Assembly (NCBI GenBank): GCA_010909165.1
Contig: MU008200.1
Span: 124,001-188,000 of the forward strand
DNA from: Anthoceros angustus
Lineage: Eukaryota; Plantae; Anthocerotophyta
Length of the DNA stretch: 64,000 nt
Direction: 5' to 3'
Below the pieces are notes generated by a model that was not told the origin of the DNA, searched no databases, and worked only from the letters and a program-made list of their open reading frames with translations. The translations under genes and the position numbers were made by a program. Position 1 is the stretch's first letter, and each line of letters starts with the position of its first letter. This document shows, piece by piece, positions 38,690-49,874 of this stretch.

Positions 38690-39980
38690 AATTCATATAA
38701 GCACTTCCTCGACAAACAACCAAGCAAAACATATCTAATACGCAGATATATAGGTGCAACCAATAACAACAGTGAGTAGCTCGACATCGTGGCACAAACA
38801 CACTCTCCCCACGAAACGCAAATTCTCGCACATCGCCTTGAGTCATAGCTATTGTAGAGGACAAGCATGATCGAGCATCGCCGAAGGGTCTATATATATT
38901 GCTTGCATCGCAGAGAGTAAGATATCTCACGGTATAAAAGAGGCCGAAAATATCTAAGAATACACTATGATATGCAAGGAATATGCCAAAGCATATTACT
39001 TGAGCTTATCCACTTAGCTATTGCTAACCATGTTTAATTAACACTAATCAATGCTTAATTACATAAGCACTTAGATTAATTAACACTAATCAATGCTTAA
39101 AGATAAGTAAGCATTAATTAACACTAATTACATACTTAAAGATAAATAATTATATTAATTAACACTAATTACATACTTAAAGATAAGTAATTAGATTAAT
39201 TAATGCTAATCAAACACTAAACCCAAAGTGCAAAGATTAGTATCACACGGCATTGCCGCAGGTAAGCACTTGAATTCATATAAGCACTTCCTCGACAAAC
39301 AACCAAGCAAAACATATCTAATACGCAGATATATAGGTGCAAACCAATAACAACAGGAGGGAGTAGCTCGCACATCGTGGCACAAACACACTCTCCCCAC
39401 GAGAACAACATGCAAATTCCTCGCACATCGCTCTCGGAGTCATAGCTTTGCATTGCATATGTAGAGGACAAGCTATGATCTGAGCTTGTCCTCAGTGGAA
39501 GGGTCTATATATACTAGCCCTTGGCATCGGCATAATCCTAAGATATCCTATTGGCATTAGCATATGCCGGAAATATCCTAAGAATACACTATGATATGCA
39601 AGGAATATGCCAAAGCATATTACTTGAGTTTATCCACTTAGCTATTACTAACCATGTTTAATTAACATAATCAATGCTTAATTACATAAGCACCTTAGAT
39701 TAATTAACACTAATTGCATACTTAAAGATAAGTAATTACATTATTAACACTAATTACATACTTAAAGATAAATAATTATATTAATTAACACTAATTACAT
39801 ACTTAAAGATAAGCAATTAGATTAATTAATGCTAATCAAACACTAAACCCAAAGTGCAAAGATTAGTATCACACGGCATGACAGCTGTCGCACAAGGTAA
39901 GCACTTGAATTCATATAAGCACTTCCTCGACAAACAACCAAGCAAAACATATCTAATATGCAAATATATAGGTGCAAACC
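38690..39980. repeat. ~580-635 bp imperfect tandem repeat (2 full + 1 partial) with internal AT-rich ~30-bp repeats
   Basis: gaattcatataagcacttcctcgacaaacaaccaagcaaaacatatctaat at ~38690, ~39272, ~39907; taattaacactaatt...cttaaagataa arrays at 39050-39205 and 39660-39835. Confidence 0.88.
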
Positions 39981-40519
39981 AATCCCCCCTGATAATGTGA
40001 AACTCCAAGTCAAAACATTATCATTAGTAGGACTACACACGACGCACCTCATGTAGTGCATTGTGGACAAAACCAATCTCCTTCGGAATGTCGAGGTTAT
40101 GAACCTTGTCCATGAGTGGAGGCTTGTCTTGATCCTTATGGCCCATGTGGACTACTCTCCCCACCGGTTGCTCGCCATTTTCTTCTTGCCCATCGAGCCT
40201 CGGCCTCCGCGAACACTGTTCATTCTTGATTAGTTCTATGTGGAACTTCCCTTTGGTGTACTTCCCCATCTCCGCAAGCGTGAAAGCAAACACATGTCGC
40301 GATGCCTCCAACAACTCCTTTAGCTGACGCCGTTGATTGCTCTTCAACTCGACGCCTGTTAACCACTCATGTGGCTGTGGCTCAGATGGCTTGCACGCTT
40401 CCTCTACGTGCTCACTCTCCTTGCCCTCCAAACTCGCCTTCTCCTGTTGAGATGCGAGTGCTGGAATGTCCTTCACCCACCGAACCCGCTGCTTCAACCC
40501 CGCCTTCTTCTAGTTTCGA

Positions 40520-41460
40520 AGTTGGTAAGCGACTCCAGCGCTAAACAACCAGGTCATCATGTTCATGTCAAATGCTTGCCCAAGCAATCGACACACTTCC
40601 TGGCCACTCCCTGTCTTCGTGGCTCCGATCAAATCCATGGCCAACTCCTCTGTGGTTGGCTCTCCCAAGGCCTCGCCATGTCCGTCACCACAACGCCGGG
40701 CCATGGTTCCAAGGCGTAAGACTTGGACTTGGACACAAAGGTTGGCCAAGCCGCCATGGGGTGTCCAGCGTGTTCACAGTGAAGAAGTGCGCTTGTCGCC
40801 TTGATGACTTGTTGGGCATGCCTTCCCGATGCTAGCACATCCTTGACAACATGATTAGGTCGCTTGGTGAGCGACCTCGCACACTTCAAATGTTCCAAGG
40901 GAGCAAGGTTAGTCCACATGGACCTCAACCTATGAGCCCTCGAACCAAATTGAGTGCATCCAATAGAAGCTCCCGACCCAACACTCGGATCGTGGCAAAG
41001 TCCTCCGAACTTGCTTCTTCACGCTCATGCATGCCGGCACATTCTCCAACATGTATCCACAAGGCCTTTCTTGCCCTTTCTCGATCAAGCGCAAGATCCT
41101 CATCAGTCATAGAACAATGCTGCGTGGATCCTTCGACCTTGACCCTTGCCTCGCAGAGGATAGTCCTTGACACTCCCAACTGCGATGACAAGGTCCACCG
41201 CTGCCCAAGACAACTCAAATGGGACAACCCTATCATGCGAACATCCATCGGCAGCGCCCGGTAACCCTTCACCGACTCCCACGCCAGGTTAGGTACTCCC
41301 CATCAAGTCTCTACGCCCGTGACACAATCCTTGCTTTTGGATCCGGGTCACAATGCACGATCTTCGCACTTTGATGCCACACTTTAGCACCGCCTGCCGG
41401 TAATCGATGCCTCCAAAGAGTTCCACGAGCACTATGCCATCTTCCGAGGTCGCCATGTGA
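40520..41460 (-). pseudogene. C5-cytosine DNA methyltransferase domain (DNMT3-like), copy A
   Basis: Motif I IVLVELFGG (~41409-41435), IV DLVIA(G)WECQG (Cys codon 41170-41172), VI GYMLENVP (~41040), VIII AHRLRSMWTNL (~40915-40950), X CRLLGQAFDMNMMTWLF (~40545-40595); 1-bp indels split the frame. Confidence 0.88.
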
Positions 41461-42289
41461 TGACCGGGTGTTTAGGTCACAAACAGTGCTCAACCCCGCT
41501 CATAGGACACCGGGTCCTCTTGCACCATCCTCCACAGCCTTTTGCACGGCTCATTGCTGCAGCCACCAGCTGTCCAGTGACTTGAAGAACCTCCTCCGAG
41601 GGTGGTTGCAACCCTAGCTTGTTTTCCTCCTCCTCGCCGAAATCCTCCATCGTCGGGGTTGTTGTTAGACACACGCCAAGAGGTTCAAGCACGTATGGCG
41701 TGTCCTTCACTACGGCGCCAAACATCGGGTAGACGCTGCTGGCAATGAGGTTCTCATGATCCTTGCCATGCAGAGGGATGCGGGCAATCCGCTCATCGCT
41801 TTTTGCTCCAGCTTCTCCTGGTCGATAGTAGACTGCCTCCGCCCACAAATCCACTATGACTCTAGGTTTGTACAATCGTTTGGTTTGAATGAAACCTTCA
41901 GCTTGTACCTTGTCACCCCAACACATGCTCCGTGGTCCACCGCGGTCCGGATCTTCCACTTGGTTTCCTTCAACCTTTCTTGGTGGAGACCCAACGCTTC
42001 CTTCACTCTTCTTCCAACGATCACCGGTGCTCCGTGTCAATCAACACCCTCCTTGGTGCGAATCCATTGATTTCAATGTGCCTCTCCGATTGTTGACCAA
42101 AGCCACCCCCACTCGTGCAGCATTCCGCTTCTCCACAGAGATGCTTGGTTCGGAGGTCAGCAATGACATCATTGCTACCTGCTGTGGCAAATCTTGGACA
42201 CTTGCTTTGTCTTCAAGGGTTGTCAACATCCGCCGAGTCAAACCCCTGACTTCCTTCACGCTCAACCCCGCCTTCGTTTCGTTGGTAAG

Positions 42290-43230
42290 CGACGCTAAAC
42301 AACCGTGTCATCATGTTCACGCCAAATGCTTGCCCAAGCAATCGACACTCCTTCCTGGCCACTCCCTGTCTTCGTGGCTCCGATCAAATCCCATGGCCAA
42401 CTCCTCTCTGTGGCTGTTGGCTCTCCCAAGGCCTCGCCATGTCTTCCACCACAACGCCGGGCCATGGTTCCCAAGGCGTAAGACTTGGACTTGGACACAA
42501 AGGTTGGCCAAGCCGCCATGGGGTGTCCAGCGTGTTCACAGGAAGTGCCTTGTCGCCTTGATGACTTGTTGGGCATGCCTTCCGATGCTAGCACATCCTT
42601 GACAACATGATTAGGTCGCTTGGTGAACGACCAAGACACTTCAAATGTTCCAAGGAGCAAGGTTAGTCCACATGGACCTCAACCTATGAGCCCTCGAACC
42701 AAATTGAGTGCATCCAATAGAAGCTCCCGACCCAACACTCCTGGATCGTGGCAAAGTCCTCCGAACTTGCTTCTTCACGCTCATGCATGCCGGCACATTC
42801 TCCAACATGTATCCACAAGGCCTTTCTTGCCCTTTCTCGATCAAGCGCAAGATCCTCATCAGTCATAGAACAATGCCGCTCGTGGATCCTTCGACCTTGA
42901 CCCTTGCCTCGCAGAGGATAGTCCTCGACACTCCAACCCGCGATGACAAGGTCCACCGCTGCCCAAGACAACTCAAATGGGACAACCCTATCATGCGAAC
43001 ATCCATCGGCAGCGCCTCGTAACCCTTCACCGACTCCCACGCCAGGTTAGGTACTCCCCATCAAGTCTCACGCTCGGACACAATCCTTGCTTTTGGATCC
43101 GGATCACAATGCACGTATCTTCGTACTTTGACGCCACACTTCAGCACTGCTTCCAAGCCGGTACTGATGCCTCCAAAGAGTTCCACAAGCACTATGCCAT
43201 CTTCCCGAGGTCGCCACGTGATCACCTGGG
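42290..43230 (-). pseudogene. C5-cytosine DNA methyltransferase domain (DNMT3-like), copy B
   Basis: GIVLVELFGGISTGLEAVLKCGVKVRRYVHCDPD (ORF 43061-43306), DLVIAGW(E)C (Cys codon 42928-42930), PCGYMLENVP and AHRLRSMWTNL (ORF 42641-42859), ELAMGFDRS (ORF 42317-42511). Confidence 0.88.
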
Positions 43231-44572
43231 TGTTTAGATCACAAACAGGCTCAACCCTGCTCATAGGACACTGGGCCTCTTGCACCATCCTCCACAGCTT
43301 TTGCACGGCTCATTGCTGCAGTCACCAGCTCCGTCCAGCTAACTTGAAGAACCTCCTATGAGGGTGGTTGCAACCCTAGCTTATCTTCCTCCTCCTCGTC
43401 GAAATCCTCCATCGCCGCGGTTGTTAGACACACGCCAAGAGGTTCAAGCACGATGGCGGTCCTTCACTACGGCGCCAAACACGGGTAGACGCTGGCAATG
43501 AGGTTCTCATGATCCTTGCCATGCAACCGCAGAGGGATGCGGGCAATCCGTTCATCAGTTTTGCTCCAGCTTCTCTAGCCTGGTCGATAGTAGACTGTCT
43601 CCGTCCACAAATCCACTATGACTCTAGGTTTGTACAACTGTTCTTGGTTTGAATGAAACCTTCAGCTTGTACCTTGTCACTCCCAACACATGCTCCGTGG
43701 TCCCAGCTGCGGTCTGGATCTTCCACTTGGTTTCCTTCAACCTTTCTTGGTGGAGACCCAACGCTTCCTTCACTCTTCTTCCAACGATCACCTACCCGGC
43801 TCTGTCAATCAACACCTCCTTGGTGCGAATCCATTGATTTCAATGTGCCTCCCGATTGTTGACCAAAGCCACTCCCACTGCGGCAAGATTCCGCTTCTCC
43901 ACAGAGATGCATTGGTTCGGAGGTCAAGAATGACATCATTGCTACCGTGGCAAATCTTGGACACTTGCTTCGCCTTCAAGGGTTGTCAACATCCGCCGAG
44001 TCAAACCCCTCGACTTCCTTCACGCCAACCCCATGTCTTGTAGGCTGAAACATGGCATCTCCGAAGCTTTTGTGCCATCGCCTCACAAGAATCTGCATGG
44101 GTTTCTCCACATCGCCCACTGACTTTGATGTTGCTCGCTTGCTCTGCTGGCAATGACTCAAATGACTTTGGCATCTTGGCATAGGTTCAGGAAGAGGATC
44201 TCGAAGCTTCCTTCCGTGTCTTCCGCATTGCAAGTGTCAAGACGTCCTCTTCTTCCTCTGAACTATCTTCCCTCGTTGTTGCCAGAGGTTTCTTCCCCTT
44301 GCCCTTGGATCTGGTCACAGTCACCATGTATCCAAGCTTATGCTCATCTTCTTCGTCCTCTGATGATGAACTGCTGCTCTTCTTGATCTTCGCCTTCTGC
44401 ACCAACTTCTCCAGCTTTGCGAGGTGTGCCACGTAGCTGTCCATCGTCTTCTTTGATACCTGAACAGTAGGCACAGAAGGCTTGTGGTGAAGTGGTGCCA
44501 GTGGTGGTGCATCGCGATAGCCGGGACTCTTTGCTTCCATAAACTCTGAGCCCGCGTCACAGGTCAGGAAGC

Positions 44573-46260
44573 ATGGCCCCTAAGAAGACCACTTCGGTGG
44601 CCATTGAGGCCATTACCACTGTCCAGTGGCCCAACATGGGCCACTGGAGAGTGAAGGCGGGTTCTTTGGTGGCTACATCACTGTCCTTCATGGACAAAAA
44701 GTGACAAAAGCTTAGCCGCTGGTTCGGGAGTGCAGGCACATGAGGGAGAAGGCCAGGGAAGGCAACGAGAACCAACCCCGCACTGGAATATTCTTCCATG
44801 TCTGTTTATGAGAGGCTCAAGAGGAATGTGGTGGAATAATCATTGATCCTTTCAGAAGCCATCTCCCAAAAGTCGCAGGAGGCACAAGTCGCCATTGCTC
44901 CCACATTGTCTAGGGTGGAGAATGGTCAGTCACCAACAAGTTAGACCCGAAATGGCCGGATTAGCCATGGATCCTGTGGCTCACCACTAAGAAGCTAGAG
45001 CACATTGTCGACCATTTTCTTGTCTTTCTATGAGGTGGTGAGAGGGTCCAAGATAGATTGGGCCAGGATGTTCTATGACACAAGATGTGTGGAGAGGGAC
45101 CACTTGACCCTACCATCACCCAGCCCTCCGCTATCTCCTTCTTAATCCACGTTTTCGACCATGCCAAGTTGCTGGAGGGGATGGAGATGGTCTCACCTTT
45201 CCATGCCGGAGGCCGTGTTTGAAAGAAGGAAGCCCAAAGAGGAGTCGAGGAAGAGGCCATCTCCTGGCACCGGGAGTGAAGATGAGAAGTCCAAGTGTCC
45301 ATGAAGAGGAATGTGGCGCTGCTAAGGTAGCATCACCATGGCTAACAAAGCAACTGGAGTTGCTAAGGCCCCAACAGCACCAAGAGGGGCCGAGAGCAAC
45401 AGGGGACTCCAACCACCTAGAGCCACAAGAGCACGACGGGAGCTCACCGGATGTAAGACAAGGAAAGGCTGGCAGGGCCAGGAGCCTGTGGGCCGGGAAA
45501 CCACAGTCATCAGGAGGAATCACCCAACCTTGGGCACGGCCGAGCTGATCCGAGAAAGTGACCACTGCTCAAGGTGACCTCAAGTATACCCCAAGTGGTG
45601 GGGAGAGCCGGGCCATACAGATAGGAAGGAGGGAACCCATCCCCAAGAAGGTTTGGGGACCTAACATCACCCTACAAGAGCCGGTCTCGCTATGGCACGC
45701 ACTAGGTGAGATGGAGGACCGATAGCTCGTCCTCTTTGTTAGGTTTACAAAGCAAAGGTGGGGAGCAGCTAAAGGAGCTCCAGGAGATGAAGAAGGAGAA
45801 GGAGGTCTTGGAGGGACGCCTAGGTAGCTTGGAAGTGGAAATAGGAAGGTCCGAGAGTTGCAGAAGACCAAGGATCAGAAACCTCATGGCTCGCCTCTGA
45901 CGTAACACCATAGGAGAGCGCAGAATGTCATCAGATGCACAAGTTCAGCCGAAACTCGGATGCCTCACGGGCGCCACAAGAAGGAGAGGGACGAGGCAAG
46001 GAAAGGTCGGAAGGAGGCCAAGAGGGCTGGATTGCAAGGAGAGCCACCGTGGAAGATGCGAGCTCCCATGGAAGAATCTGTCGAGTTAGCAATGAGGAGG
46101 TTGCAAGCAACCCGCCACTAAGGAAGCAACAACCTGCACTGCTTAAGGGAGCAACAGCTCCAAGACCGCTACAACAAGGAAGAAGGGGCAATGTAAGACT
46201 GTGAGGAGGACAAAAAGCTGTGGGGAGCGGGTAAGCACCGCCTAAGAAGTCTAACTTCCC
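44573..46260 (+). pseudogene. Divergent homologue of the LTR-borne accessory ORF
   Basis: Begins MAPKKTTS; FYEVVRGSKIDWARMFYD...FLIHVFDHAKLL (~45030-45170) parallels ISRGAKPDWGTIMYE...YLVHLWETEGLL; coiled coil KEVLEGRLG parallels EKVLEGKLS at ~54020. Confidence 0.6.
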
Positions 46261-46519
46261 AATGGTGCATTAGATTGAGGGATGCTTATCAAGATAACCA
46301 TGTGCCTGGATTCTCCTTGGCTGGAGAGAAGATTGTCTCCCTGAAAGTTTATGTGGTTGTGGGCACAGGGGGGACATGGAGGTACGTGATCCATGCCTTG
46401 ACGGGCACTGGATCCTACCTATGGGTTGGACTCTTATGGAGGAGACTTTCAGCCGACCCATCCAGGATTCAAGAGCTCACCGAGGAGGAGTACCAGGCTA
46501 TGCTGCGAGCACAAGAGAG

Positions 46520-47762
46520 GCAAGGGGAAGGAACCACCTGCCAAGGGTTCCTCCTCAAGAGGAGGAAGGGGAAAGAAGGCGGCAGCGGAGGTTGCGCCGC
46601 CAGGAGGGGGTGAAGTCGAGATGCCCCAATTCACTTGTTTTGCGGGGCAACTCAATCCCCGCGATTTGGTGGATTTCCGGCAGTGGGCGGAGGAAGATAA
46701 CATCCAATTGGGATGGGTGTATGGCCGCCAATGGGCCTACACCAATTTGGAATTGATTGAGGAGTGTTACATCAACCTCCATCAATCGGAAGCAGCCTGC
46801 CACAGCCGGAGAGATGCCGGACCGATCTGCTGCGGGACATCCCGAGCATCTGTGTGTATGGAAGGCCGGAGGAGGAGAGCTCAGGAATCGCTCTCCTCGA
46901 GAGGACGAATGGAGGGAAGAGGATCTCCCTCACCGAAATTCCGCAGGAGGTCCTAGACATGATGGATGGAGGGGTGAAGGCCCACGCCAAGAATGGCTAG
47001 AAGACGGATAGCATCAAGGAGCTAAAGTGGAGACTCTTTGCCAAAATTGTGTTGGGGTTGGTGAACTATCAACGGACTTCCTATTTCAGCACCAACTTCC
47101 TCCAATTTTTGTGGAAGATCTCTCGAGGAGCCAAGCCGGATTGGGGCACCATCATGTATGAGGCCTACATCCATCACAGGGAGAAGCTCCTTAGGCCGAA
47201 TTCCGTGGATCAAGAGGGGCCAAGGCCATGCTACCTCAGCACCTATTTGGTGCACTTGTGGGAGACGGAGGGGCTCTTGACCAGCAAAGAGCTTGAGGAT
47301 GCTTGGCATCCTTTTGAAGTCATTCACCTCCAGCCAAGCTTAGAGAGGCCCCTACCCTTTGCATTGAGGAGGACCATGGGAGGACAGACCTCCACAAGCA
47401 CTCTAGGACCCAGGATTGAGGAAGTGGAGGCAACAAGGTTGCCGGAGTGGGAGGCCTTTCCCCCACAAGAGCAAGGAGGAGGAGAAGAGCAAGACCTGGC
47501 CAAGGAGGGCCAAGTGGTAGTTTATGAGAGAAGAACTACCGCTCCAAGGGTGGGGGGAGTCCCCACCATTGCATGGGTGCCTAGGGAAGAGGCACCTGCA
47601 GCCTACCCGGGGGAGGCAGCCATCGAGGCAGGCAGACTCACTGTGGTAGGCCACCACCACTGTAGGTGGCGATTTGTGGCCAGATCCGCAAGGGTGGTGG
47701 AAAGCAAGGGGGGAGCCTTGTGGTCTCCTTGGAGGGAGTTCCCAAGGTCAAGAGGAAGGGGG
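46520..47762 (+). pseudogene. Accessory ORF copy (N-terminal half)
   Basis: MPQFTCFAGQLNPRDLVDFRQWAEEDNIQLGWVYGRQWAYTNLELIEECY and LVNYQRTSYFSTNFLQFLWKISRGAKPDWG, near-identical to 51000 and 52565. Confidence 0.75.
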
Positions 47763-47763
47763 T

Positions 47764-48860
47764 TGTGAAGCCGGGGAGGCTGTCCATTCTCTTACTCATT
47801 CTCTTCAGTTTGTCTAGTACTCACCTTGTGTTTGAGTTTTCAGGGTGTTGGAGGTCGTGTGTGAGGGGAAGACAAGGCGGGGAGCCTATGTGTGTGGAAG
47901 AGAGCTGAAGGGGAAGTTGAAGTGAGTTGGAGACCTGTGGGCTTGTGTGTTTGGAACTGAAGGTGAACTGTGAGAGAAGTGGAGAATGCTGGACATGGAG
48001 AGTTGCTGATTGGCTGTTTGAGAGGAGTAAGAAGGACTGGAGAAGTCTGTAAGTGATGTTTGTGTTGCTGAAGAAGAGAGCTGTGAGTGGAGGTTAAGGA
48101 CCCCGTGAGTGGATGAGACGGAATGATTGCGGGAGGTAGCTGAACAAGTATTTTGAGGGTTGGTGAAGTACTGTAAGGGCCTGGATGAGAACCTTGTAAG
48201 GACTGGAGAGGTACTGTGAGCTGTGAAAGTGGAGATTGAATGGGGCAGTGAGGTGTGAGAACAAGGAGGGTTGAAGGGAGTTGCTGGGGAAACTTGGAGA
48301 GTGTGGGGAGGACTGTGAGAGGCACCTCAAGGGGCTGTGAGAGCCTGGAGAGGTTTGCATGGAGCCGAGAGAGTGAGCTGAAGGGCTGGAGGAGAGGAAA
48401 GGAGGCCTGAAGAAGTGCTACAAGAGTAAGGGGGTAGTTTGTGTGAGCGGCAACCCTGATTGGTGGATCTGACTTTGTGGGTAGATGAGAGAGAGAGAGG
48501 GGCCAGCCTTATCCGCTTGGATCTCCACGTGGGATCCACCCTTCTATTAATAGTCAGACCTGATCCCAAGGTGGACCCCACTCTGCTAAAAATAGAGAGT
48601 GGTTGCTAAGATAGCGACCGGGGCTGTCCGTTGCTAAGGTAGCAACACGGTCGGGCGTGGCTAAGATAGCCACAGGTCTGAGTGTTGTAGCCTGGTCTGT
48701 AACTACTAGATGTTTGGTGTGTCTGTGTTTGGGTGGATTGGCTATGATTTGGTTGTCTTGACACGAAATCACTCCCTTGGGTACGAATCTCAAGTCTACA
48801 ACGATAAAGAGGGTAAATGTGGCCTCTTTGTGACCACTTGGTTTAGAAAATCACCCCACA
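47764..48860. repeat. TG...CA-bounded ~1.1 kb LTR-like segment
   Basis: Starts tgtgaagcc, ends aaatcaccccaca; non-coding and strand-biased; last 46 bp repeated at 63434-63479. No matching TSD. Confidence 0.55.
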
Positions 48861-49874
48861 GTGGGTGAAGGACATTCCAGCACTCGCATCTCAACTGGAG
48901 AAGGCGAGTTTGGAGGGCAAGGAGAGCGAGCACGTAGAGGAAGCGTGCAAGCCATCTGAGCCACAGCCACATGAGTGGTTAACAGCCGAGTTGAAGAGCA
49001 AATCAACGGCCGCCTAAAGGAGTTGTTGGAGGCATCGCGACATGTGTTTGCTTTCACGCTATGGAGATGGGGAAGTACACCAAAGGGAAGTTCCACATAG
49101 AATCGACTACGGATGAACCAAAGGTTCAGAGGAGGCATGTGCTCGCAAGGCCGAGTGGATTTGGTTGAGAATCAATGCCAAGAGCTTCTCAAGCTAGGGC
49201 TGATTCGACGATCTAACTCGCAGACGCACCGCGACAAGCTTCCAAAAAGAAGGATGAGAATGGATTGTGGACGGAGAGGAGAATGTGTGGTGACTATCGC
49301 CTTTGAATGAGCGAATCCCACATGACCACTATCCCATGCCGATGGTCAAGAGATCTTTGACACCATTGGGTCTGCCAAGTTCTTCTCAACATTGGACTTG
49401 AGGCTAGGGTTTCACCAAGTGGAGATTGCCGAAGAAGACAAGAAGAAAACGGCGTTCTGGGGCAGAGATTGCTTGTACGAGTGGAACTACATGCTATTTG
49501 GGTTGAAGACATCGCCAACGCAGTTTTAAAGATACATGGACAATGAGCTCAAGGACTTGCCTTTCACCAAGTGCTACATTGATGATGTCATCGTCTTCAG
49601 CAATACCTTTGAGGAGCATCTACAACATCTTCGAGTAGTCTTTGCTAGACTGGCTGCCTGTGGGTTGAAGGCCCATCCAGGGAACTGTCAATTTGGAGAG
49701 GACAAGGTGTTGTACTTGGGTCATTGGATCACGCCTGACGGGATCTCGCCGCATGCCACCAAGGTGGAGGCAATCGCCAGATTCCTGCCAAACGACATCT
49801 CGAGGTTGAGGGCATTCTTGGGGTCGGCAGGTTACTACAGGAAGTTCATTCCGCGGATGAGCAGGATTGCGCGG
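48861..49874 (+). pseudogene. RT of the DNMT-Gypsy family (linker + RT)
   Basis: 48861-49100 matches the sequence directly downstream of DNMT copy A (40480-40230, reverse complement); RRMCGDY, DLRLGFHQV, TKCYIDDVIV, RAFLGSAGYYRKFIPRMSRIAR. Confidence 0.88.

Larger units (their letters stand above)
40200..44560 (-). mobile_element. Ty3/Gypsy pol fragment with architecture linker-PR-DNMT-RT, PR-DNMT tandemly duplicated
   Basis: Minus strand: gag-pol linker (44540), protease VLIDT(G) (~43800 and ~42035), C5-MTase motifs, then RT N-terminus LKELLEASRHVFAFTLAEMGKYTKGKFHIEL (40330-40230). Confidence 0.85.

Noticed and set aside
40520-43230. MTase as a bacterial restriction-modification gene or contaminant
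   Set aside because: It is flanked by retrotransposon protease and RT, resembles DNMT3 in motifs VIII and X, and there is no endonuclease or operon context.
40520-43230. MTase as the host DNMT3/DRM gene
   Set aside because: No introns, no UBA/PWWP-type regions, motif order not permuted as in DRM, and it is embedded in Pol.
44560-45600. Minus-strand ORFs as gag and zinc knuckle of the DNMT element
   Set aside because: The + strand is purine-rich and encodes recognisable accessory-ORF motifs; the - strand frames look like shadows.
47840-48325. 161-aa Ser/Pro/Leu/Thr-rich ORF
   Set aside because: Composition follows from strand bias of the LTR-like segment.
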